Of a stretch of 14,312 nt of DNA, positions 1-7,400 are shown piece by piece; within the stretch, counting starts at the first letter, position 1; the number at the start of each line of letters is the position of its first letter. Under the pieces are notes generated by a model. The model did not search any database, was not told where the DNA came from, and saw only the letters and a list, made by a program, of their open reading frames with translations. This stretch comes from Candidatus Methylomirabilia bacterium (GTDB lineage: Bacteria; Methylomirabilota; Methylomirabilia; Rokubacteriales; CSP1-6), in assembly GCA_041496385.1 (NCBI GenBank), contig JBGQEL010000113.1, forward strand, positions 1 through 14,312, read 5' to 3'. Made by a program: the position numbers and the translations under genes.

Positions 1-91
1 CCGCGGCATAAGCTCTGAGAGGCTCACCGGGGCGCTCGGCATATCGCCGCGCGTCCGACGGTCGGGCAGTGCCCACGCCGGAGGATCCCGC

Positions 92-697
92 ATGACACTC
101 GTCGCCATCCGTAGAACCCTCACCGCTGCCGTGCCCCTGGCCCTCGCGCTGGTCGCGCTGGCGCCGCAGGCCTCCTGGGCCCTCGACGCGTTTCTCAAGA
201 TCTCCGACTGCGTCGGGCCGGTCACGCGGAAGGGCTTCGAAAAGCAGATCAAGATCAACGGCTTCAACGCGCGCGTGCAGAGTCCGACGGACGCCGCGAC
301 CGGCCAGGCGACGGGCAAGACGATCGTGTCGCCGATCCAGATCCTGAAGGATCTCGACGCGTGCTCGCCCCAGTTCTTCCTCGACCTGGTGACGAACAAG
401 AACATCGCGGAGGCGACGATCTCGTTCGCGAAGCCCGACAATACCGGGCGCGAGATCGTCTTCTTCCAGGTCAAGCTCACCAACGTCCGGATCATCGCCG
501 ACGAGAACACGACGGTCAGCAAGACGTCGGTGGACGATCTGCGCAACATCCAGGAGCCGACGGGCGCCGAGGTCAACAACACCGCGCTCGGCAGCGTCCA
601 GGAGCTCCTCACGCTCCAGTTCGAGAAGATCCAGCTGACCAGCCTCCCGGGAGGACAGACCGCCGTCTTCTCCACGGCCGCCGGGTCTCAAGACTGA
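92..697 (+). CDS. hcp: Hcp-family (type VI secretion/contractile tail tube-like) protein with N-terminal Sec signal peptide
   Basis: GGAGG RBS at 80-84. After residue 30 the sequence follows Hcp motifs: DAFLKI..C/I.G; SPTDAATGQATGK (cf. SPRDxxSGxxTGKR); PIQILKDLDACSPQFF.LVTN.NI (cf. P..I.K..DxSSP.L...L..NE.L); FFQVKLTNVRI; ELLTLQFEKI (cf. E.VSL.F.KI). Residues 1-30 comprise RR, a hydrophobic core and an S-W-A cleavage site. Confidence 0.85.
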   Translation: MTLVAIRRTLTAAVPLALALVALAPQASWALDAFLKISDCVGPVTRKGFEKQIKINGFNARVQSPTDAATGQATGKTIVSPIQILKDLDACSPQFFLDLVTNKNIAEATISFAKPDNTGREIVFFQVKLTNVRIIADENTTVSKTSVDDLRNIQEPTGAEVNNTALGSVQELLTLQFEKIQLTSLPGGQTAVFSTAAGSQD

Positions 698-710
698 TCG
701 CCGGCGCGCG

Positions 711-769
711 GGGGCGCCGGGGCGCCGGGGGACCCGCACCCCCCGGCGCCATCGCGCGACGGGCGCCCC
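711..769 (+). terminator. Strong GC hairpin downstream of hcp (possible terminator or RNA stability element, no U-tract)
   Basis: Perfect 11-bp stem GGCGCCGGGGG (721-731) / CCCCCGGCGCC (740-750) with an 8-nt loop. An outer pairing GGGGCGCC (711-718) / GGCGCCCC (762-769) is also possible. Confidence 0.45.
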
Positions 770-805
770 GCCGCCGCGGTGCGGTACCATGCGGGGGGAG
801 GCGCC

Positions 806-1261
806 ATGGGACTCGAGCAGCAGCTCAACGACACCCTCACGCGCGCGATGAAGGACAAGGACCAGCGCACGGCCGACGTGGTGCGCATGATCAAGTCGAA
901 GGTGCAGGAGCGCCGCACGGCCAAGGGCTTCGCGGGCACTGTGGACGACGCGCTCGTCCTCGACGTCATCGGCGCCTACCGCAAACAGCTCCAGAAGGCC
1001 ATGGTCGAGTTCGAGAAGCTGGGCGAGCGCGGCGCCGCGCAGGTCGCGCAGCTCCGCTCCGAGGTGGAGTTCTGCGAGCGCTACCTGCCGAAGGGGCTCG
1101 ACGAGGCCGCGCTGCGCGCGCTGGTCAAGGCGCGTCTCGCCGCCCTCGGCATCACGGACGGCAAGCAGGCGGGCCGCCTCGTCGGCGACGTCATGAAGAC
1201 GCACAAGGGACAGGTGGACGCGGCCGACGTCAAGCGGATCGCCGAGGAGCTGCTGCGGTGA
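806..1261 (+). CDS. GatB/YqeY domain-containing protein
   Basis: ATG 806 follows GGAGG (797-801). The 151-aa product has the YqeY pattern: L..AMKDKD...VVRMIKS; EVEFCERYLPKGLDEAAL; GRLVGDVMKTHKGQVDAADVKRI. Confidence 0.9.
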   Translation: MGLEQQLNDTLTRAMKDKDQRTADVVRMIKSKVQERRTAKGFAGTVDDALVLDVIGAYRKQLQKAMVEFEKLGERGAAQVAQLRSEVEFCERYLPKGLDEAALRALVKARLAALGITDGKQAGRLVGDVMKTHKGQVDAADVKRIAEELLR

Positions 1262-1921
1262 TCAGAGTGCGGCGAGGAACCGCGTCGAGTCGGCGACCCA
1301 TCCGAAGATACCGCCCTGGGCCTTCACCATCCTGAGCGCGGCCGCCTGGAACTCCGGGAAGTACGAGGCGACGCAGTCCTCGAGCACGAGGCAGTCGTAG
1401 CCGCGATCGTTCGCCTCGCGCACCGTCGTGTGGACGCACACCTCCGTGGTCACGCCGCAGACGACGAGCTGCCGGATCGCGCGGCTCGTGAGGATGGCCT
1501 GGAGGTCGGTCGCGTAGAAGGCGCCCTTCCCCGGCTTGTCCACGACGGGCTCGCCCGGCCGCGGCGCGAGCTCCTTGACGATGTCGTGTCCGGGCTCGCC
1601 GCGCACGAGGATGCGGCCCATCGGCCCCGGGTCGCCGATGCCCGTCCTGAGCCGGCCGCGCGCCCGCTTCGACGGCGGACAATCGGCGAGGTCGGGCCGG
1701 TGTCCCTCGCGCGTGTGGACGACGAGCAATCCCTTCCGTCGCGCGGCCGCGAGCACCTCCGCGGCCGGCGGCACGGCGCGGCGGAGCAAGGACACGTCGT
1801 TGCCCAGGGCCTCGCCGAATCCTCCCGGATCGACGAAGTCGCGCTGGAAGTCGATCAGCAGGAGCGCGCTCGTCTTCGGGTCGAACTCGAACTCGTACGG
1901 CTCTGCCTTGACCGTGGGCAT
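1262..1921 (-). CDS. trtA: Triuret hydrolase (isochorismatase-like cysteine hydrolase, BiuH/TrtA subfamily)
   Basis: ATG 1921 is preceded by GAGGAG, giving 219 aa. Catalytic triad is D24 (IDFQ), K129 (DKPGKGAF), C162 (TTEVC). F35, L39, N41, E160, Y187 and I205 match the TrtA signature as I recall it (BiuH has Y, M, Y, D, T, V). Confidence 0.85.
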   Translation of the reverse strand: MPTVKAEPYEFEFDPKTSALLLIDFQRDFVDPGGFGEALGNDVSLLRRAVPPAAEVLAAARRKGLLVVHTREGHRPDLADCPPSKRARGRLRTGIGDPGPMGRILVRGEPGHDIVKELAPRPGEPVVDKPGKGAFYATDLQAILTSRAIRQLVVCGVTTEVCVHTTVREANDRGYDCLVLEDCVASYFPEFQAAALRMVKAQGGIFGWVADSTRFLAAL

Positions 1922-1957
1922 CGCGCCCTCCTCGCGCCGCCGGCCGGCGGCGCGCCG

Positions 1958-1998
1958 ATTGTAGTGCATTGCCGCGGTCCCCGCTTCTCGTCTATCCT
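1958..1998. promoter_or_regulatory. Divergent sigma70-type -10 elements for trtA (minus) and phnD (plus)
   Basis: TACAAT on the minus strand (1963-1958) and TATCCT on the plus strand (1993-1998) stand out in a GC-rich intergenic region. TATCCT lies 6 nt before GTG 2005. Confidence 0.5.
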
Positions 1999-2004
1999 CG
2001 ACGC

Positions 2005-2880
2005 GTGACGGCCATCTCGACGCGGTGCCTCGGCGCGGTTCTTCTGCTCTCCCTCGTGCTCGGCGGACCCGCCGAGCCCGCTGACGCGCCGCTCCACCTC
2101 GTCCTGACGCCGTCGCAGAAGCCCACCGACCTGCTGGCCGCGGGCGAGGAGTTCGGCCAGACGCTCGGCAGGCTGGTGGGCGTCCCCGTGCGCGTGACGG
2201 TCGCCTCGGACTACGCCGCGGTCATCGAGGCGCTCCGCAACCGCACCGCCGACCTCGCCTTCGTCCATCCCGGAGGCTACGTCCTCGCGAGCCGCGAGGC
2301 GAAGGCCGTGATCGTCGCCAAGAACCTCTGGCACGGGAAGTCCTCGTTCACCTCGCGGATCTACGTACGGAAGGATTCGGGCATCCGGAGCCTCGAGGAG
2401 CTCAAGGGGCGGACGATGGCCTTCGTGGACCCGGCCAGCTCGTCGGGCTACATCTACCCGATGGTCCTCCTGATCCAGCGCGGGCTCGTCCGGAACCGCG
2501 ACCCAAAGACCTTCTTCCGCGAGGTCGTCTTCGCGGGCTCGCACGACGCCGGCATGCGCGCGCTGCTCAACGGCCACGTGGACGCGCTGGCGTCCTTCGA
2601 TCTCGCGCGCGAGCAGTACCTCAAGGATCCGGCGGAGCGGGAGCGGATCGTCTGGGTTGCCGAGACGCCGCCGATCCCCGAGGCGGGGATCGCCGCGCGC
2701 GACGGCCTCGACCCGGCGACCTTCGCGAAGGTGCGCGCCGCGCTCCTGCAGATCCGCGCGCCCGTCCACGCCGAGCTGCTCCGCCGTCTCTACGAGATCG
2801 ACGGCTTCGCGCCGGCGGAGGACCGGGAGTACGATCCGGTGCGGGCCGCGATGGAGCTCCTCGGCGCGCGCCCGCGCTGA
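2005..2880 (+). CDS. phnD: Phosphate/phosphite/phosphonate ABC transporter substrate-binding protein (PhnD family)
   Basis: Signal peptide ([18 protein letters not shown]) and PhnD motifs [34 protein letters not shown], DxxYDPVR. Start placed at GTG 2005; the track start at 1969 is less likely. Confidence 0.88.
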   Translation: MTAISTRCLGAVLLLSLVLGGPAEPADAPLHLVLTPSQKPTDLLAAGEEFGQTLGRLVGVPVRVTVASDYAAVIEALRNRTADLAFVHPGGYVLASREAKAVIVAKNLWHGKSSFTSRIYVRKDSGIRSLEELKGRTMAFVDPASSSGYIYPMVLLIQRGLVRNRDPKTFFREVVFAGSHDAGMRALLNGHVDALASFDLAREQYLKDPAERERIVWVAETPPIPEAGIAARDGLDPATFAKVRAALLQIRAPVHAELLRRLYEIDGFAPAEDREYDPVRAAMELLGARPR

Positions 2881-2884
2881 CGCG

Positions 2885-3631
2885 ATGATCGAGGTCGCGG
2901 GGCTGGCCGTCGTGCTGCCGCCCCGTACGCTCGCCCTCGACGGGATCGACCTCGTCGTGAACCCCGGCGAGTTCGTCGTGATCCTCGGCCGGAGCGGCGC
3001 GGGCAAGACGACCTTCCTGCGCGCGATCAACCGGCTCGTGGAGCCCACCGCGGGCACGATCCGCGTGGCGGGCCGCGCGGTCACCGGGGCCGGCCCCCTC
3101 GAGCTCCGCGAGGCCCGCCGCCGGATCGGGATGATCTTCCAGCAGTTCAACCTCGTGCGCCGCGCCTCGGTGCTCGAGAACGTGCTGGCCGGACGCCTCG
3201 GGTACGTGCCGTCGCTCCCGAGCCTCGTCGGCCGCTTTCCCCCGGGCGATCGCGAGCTCGCGCGCGCGTGCCTGGACCAGGTGGGGCTCGCCGATCTCGC
3301 CGAACGCCGGGCGGACTCGCTCTCGGGCGGCGAGCAGCAGCGCGTCGCGATCGCCCGCGCGCTCGCGCAGTCGCCGGCGGTCATCCTGGCCGACGAGCCG
3401 ACCGCCAGCCTCGACCCGCAGCTCACCTCTAGCATCATGGACATCCTCCGGCGCATCAACGTCGAGCGCGGGCTGACGCTCGTCGTGAGCCAGCACCAGC
3501 TCGAGACCGCGCTCGCGTACGCCACGCGCCTCGTCGGATTCCGCCGCGGGCGTGTCGTGTTCGACGGCCTGCCGTCGGCGCTCTCCCCGGCCGCCATCGC
3601 CGCCATCTACGACGACGGAGCGGCCGCGTGA
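2885..3631 (+). CDS. phnC: Phosphonate-family ABC transporter ATP-binding protein
   Basis: ATG 2885 lies 4 nt after the phnD stop. Walker A GRSGAGKT; IGMIFQQFNLV.R.SVLENVLAGRLG; signature LSGGEQQRVAIARAL; Walker B ILADEPTASLDP; H-loop SQHQ. Confidence 0.93.
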   Translation: MIEVAGLAVVLPPRTLALDGIDLVVNPGEFVVILGRSGAGKTTFLRAINRLVEPTAGTIRVAGRAVTGAGPLELREARRRIGMIFQQFNLVRRASVLENVLAGRLGYVPSLPSLVGRFPPGDRELARACLDQVGLADLAERRADSLSGGEQQRVAIARALAQSPAVILADEPTASLDPQLTSSIMDILRRINVERGLTLVVSQHQLETALAYATRLVGFRRGRVVFDGLPSALSPAAIAAIYDDGAAA

Positions 3632-4368
3632 GGCGCGCGGCGCTCTTCGTGGGTCTGGCCGTGCTGGCCTGGGTCGTGTGGGACACGGGCGCCGATCCCG
3701 TGCGCCTGGCGCGCGGAATCCCCTGGATGCTCGACTTCTTCCGGCGGATGATGCCGCCCGACCTGGCCGTCCTGCCCGCCGCGCTCGCCGGCGCGCTCGT
3801 GACGGTCGAGATCGCCCTGCTCGGCACCGCGGTGGCCGCGGCCCTGGCGCTGCCGCTGGGGTTTCTGTCGGCGCGGAACGTCGCGCCCGCGTCCGTCTTC
3901 TACCCCGCGCGGGTCGTCCTCAACTTCTTCCGGAGCGTGGACACGCTCGTCTACGCGCTCGTGTTCGTCGCGGCCGTCGGCCTCGGCCCCTTTCCGGGCG
4001 TGCTCGCCGTCGTCGCGTACACGACGACCTCGCTCGCCAAGCTCTACTCGGAGGCCATCGAGGGGATCGAGACCGGTCCGGTGGACGCGATCACCGCCAC
4101 CGGCGCGACGCGGCTCCAGATCCTCCGATACGGCGTCCTGCCGCAGGTGCTGCCGCTGTTCCTCTCCTACGTGCTCTATCGCCTGGAGACGAACATCCGC
4201 GCCGCGACGGTGCTCGGCTTCGTCGGCGCGGGCGGCGTCGGCTTCTATCTCCAGACCTATCTGCGGATGATCGACTACCCCGCCGCCTCGACGGTGCTGC
4301 TCGTGACCGTGGCGATGGTGATGGTCGTGGACGCGGCCAGCTCGCGGCTGCGGCGTCGCCTGGTGTGA
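3628..4368 (+). CDS. phnE: Phosphonate-family ABC transporter permease
   Basis: GTGA overlap with the phnC stop. Hydrophobic protein with FVAAVGLGPFPGVLA, AKLYSEAIE (EAA-like loop), GVLPQVLP and LETNIRAATVLGFVGAGGVG, all typical of PhnE. Confidence 0.93.
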   Translation: MRRAALFVGLAVLAWVVWDTGADPVRLARGIPWMLDFFRRMMPPDLAVLPAALAGALVTVEIALLGTAVAAALALPLGFLSARNVAPASVFYPARVVLNFFRSVDTLVYALVFVAAVGLGPFPGVLAVVAYTTTSLAKLYSEAIEGIETGPVDAITATGATRLQILRYGVLPQVLPLFLSYVLYRLETNIRAATVLGFVGAGGVGFYLQTYLRMIDYPAASTVLLVTVAMVMVVDAASSRLRRRLV

Positions 4369-4384
4369 CTCGAGCGCGAGTCAC
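4365..4384. terminator. Inverted repeat between convergent phnE and NHL-protein genes (possible bidirectional terminator)
   Basis: GTGACTCG-AGCG-CGAGTCAC forms a perfect 8-bp stem with a 4-nt loop, overlapping the phnE stop. No U-tract on either side. Confidence 0.4.
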
Positions 4385-4408
4385 CGGGAGCGGTGCAAAC
4401 GGCGCGCG

Positions 4409-7400
4409 CTAGGGCAAGGTCTCAACCTGGTATCGGAGCTCACGGATGTGAGCGGCTCGCACGGGCGTGGTCCCGACGCCGATGACGGGATCGGTGTAGC
4501 TCGGAGCCGCTGCGCCCAGCATCGAGTAGATTTCGCCCAGCGCCGTCCGGAGCTCACTGATGTGCGTGGCCTTGACGACCATGTGCCCGGCGGCGAGATC
4601 CGCATCACTGAACGAGAATGCGGCCATCCCGCGCTGGAGCCGCGCCGCATTGATCGCGGCCCGTGCCTCGGTGACGTGCACCGCCTTGATGATGGAGAGC
4701 CCGCCCGTGATATTCGGGTCGCCAAACGTGAAGGGGCCCGCCACGCCGAACGTCGCGGTGACGGCCGTTGGCGTGGCGAGGCTGACGACGCAGGTTCGCG
4801 CGCTTCCGCATCCGCCCCCGCTCCAGCTCACGAACGCCGAGCCCGGGTCAGGGGTCGCGGTCAGCGTGACCATTGCACCGAGCGAGTAGCTCGCGGCGCA
4901 TGTCGCACCGCACGCGATGCCGCCCGGGAGGCTCGTGACGAGACCGGCACCCGCGCCCGCCACCGTGACCGTGAGAGGCAGTGGCGCCGCGCTGAAGGTG
5001 GCGGTCACCGTGGTCGCCGACGTGAGCGTGATGACGCAGCCTCCCGTGCCGCTGCATCCGCCGCCGTCCCAGCCGGAGAAGATAGAACCGGCGCTCGCCG
5101 TGCCCGTCAGCGTCACCATCGTGCCGGTCGCGTAGCTCGCCGCGCAGGTCGCGCCGCAGGCGATGCCGGCGGGCGCGCTCGCGATCGTGCCCGCCCCGGT
5201 ACCGGCGCCGGCCACGGTGAGCGTGAAGATCTGGCTGAAGTTCGCCATCACCAGGGTCGCGCCGGTCATGCCGACGACGCAGACCCCGCTACCGCCACAT
5301 CCGCCGCCGTTCCAACCGGTGAAGACCGAGCCCGCCTCCGGTGTGGCTGTGAGCGTGACAATGGTGCCGGCCTCGTAGCTCGCCGAACACGTCGCGCCGC
5401 AGGCGATCCCGGCGGGCGCGGAGACCACGCTTCCGCTGCCCGTCCCCTGCCTGACCACCGTGAGCGCGACGAGGCCCGTGACCGTCCAGGTGTACGTCGT
5501 CGGGGCGCTCGTGTCCCCGAACTGGTCGGTTGCCGTGACCTGAAAGCTGTGACCGCCCGAAGCGAGAGACCCGTAGCTCCGGGGGCTCGAGCAGGGCGAG
5601 AAACCAGCGGTGTCGAGCTGGCAAGAGAAATGTACGACGCCCGGTTCGGTGCTGGCGAAGGCGAGCGACGCCACGGTGGCCGCGGTGGGATTCGTCGGTC
5701 CCGAGACAATGACCGGGGGCGGCGCGGTCACGTGGAGAGCGACGGCACGAACTCGGTGGTTATTGCCGGAGTCAGCAATGAAGAGGTCGCCCGTGGCGGC
5801 GACGGCAACACCAGTCGGGTCTGACAGCTGGGCGGCGGTAGCGGGGCCACCGTCACCGCCGGACCCGGAGTTGTTGCTGCCCGCGACCGTGGTGATGATC
5901 CCACTGCCGGCGGCGATCATGCGGATGCGTATATTGCACTCGTCCACGATGAAGAGATTGCCCGCCGCGTCGACCGCGAGCCCGGCCGGGCACGCGAGCA
6001 GGGCGTCGGTGGCCGGGCCGCCGTCACCGGCGAAGCCGCTAACCCCAGAGTGCCCCGCGATGATAGTGAGGCTGCCGTTGCCCGCTGCCAGCTTCTGAAT
6101 GCGATGAAGGCCAGCGTCCGCGATGAAGACATTCCCCGCCGCATCGACCGCGAGACCGTCCACAAACACATTGCCGATGATGGTGGTGATGATACCGGTG
6201 GCGGCGTCGACCCGCCGAATGCGCTTGTTGCCGGCATCTCCGATGAAGAGGTTGTCAGCCGCGTCGACGGCGAGGCTGCTCGGGCCGAACAGCTTGGCGC
6301 TGGTGGCCGGGCCGCCGTCGCCGCCGAAGCCCGCCACACCGGTGCCGGCGTAGGTGGTGATGATCCCGATGCCGGCGTCGACCCGCCGGATACGCTCGTT
6401 GTTGGTATCCGCGATGAACAGATTGCCCATCGAGTCGACCGCCAGACCGGTCGCTCTGTCGCTCAGGGAGGCGCCGGTCGCGGGACCACCGTCCCCGTCG
6501 AAGGCGGCGACACCGTTGCCGGCGCGGGTGGTGATGATCCCGGTGCCCGCGGCGACCTTGCGCACCCGAAGGTTTTGTGTGTCCGCGATGAAGAGGTTGC
6601 CCGCGGTGTCGACGGCAACGCCCTGCATCCGACTCAGCCGAGCGCTCGTGGCCGGACCGCCGTCGCCGGCGAAGTCGGAGTTGTCGTTGCCGGCGAACAG
6701 GGTGACGATCCCGGTGTCGGCCGCGACCCTGCGAACACGACTTAAGGCGGCCTCCACGATCAGGAGATTGCCAGAGGCATCGACGGCGACACCGGTCGGG
6801 TTGTGAAATAGCGCGACGGTCGAGATGATGCCTGTGCCGGCGGTCACCTGTCGGACACGGTTGCTGCAAAAGTCGGCAATGAGCACGTGCCCCGCCGGGT
6901 GGATCGCGACCCCCGTCGGGGAGCAGAGCCCTGCGCTGACGGCTGAGCCACCGTCGCCGGCGAAGCCAGCGTTACCGTTTCCGGCCACGGTCGTGATGAC
7001 GCCGGTCGCGGCTGTGATCATGCGCACACGATTGTCCCCGTAGTCCGCGATGAAGAGGTTGCCGGCCGTGTCGATGGCGACGCCGTACGGGAGACTCAGG
7101 AAAGCGTTGACGGCCGGGCCGCCGTCACCGCCGAAGCCGTAGACGGAACCGGCGACCGTCGTGATGATCCCTGTTCCGGCGGCGACCATGCGAAGCCGGC
7201 TGTTCGAGCTGTCCGCGATCAATAGATTGCCGGCGGCATCGACGGCGACGCCGCTCGGGAGATTCAGCAGGGCGCTGGTCGCCGGACCGCCATCCCCCGA
7301 GAATCCGAGAGCGCCGGTACCGGCGACAGTGGTGATAATCCCGATGCCCGCCGCGACCTTTCGAACGCGGCTGTTGTTGGTATCCGCGATGAAGAGGTTC

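Noticed and set aside
1..91. Riboswitch (glycine-like CTCTGAGAG start) upstream of hcp
   Set aside because: The other conserved aptamer elements (CCGAAGG.GCAA, CTCAGG) are absent and the region is too short.
1262..1921. Biuret hydrolase BiuH, RutB or nicotinamidase
   Set aside because: All six discriminating positions match TrtA rather than BiuH, and there is no rut operon context.
2005..4368. Phosphite uptake system ptxABC or C-P lyase operon
   Set aside because: No ptxD or phnG-M in the window, and the binding protein lacks the PtxB-type capping Tyr motif.
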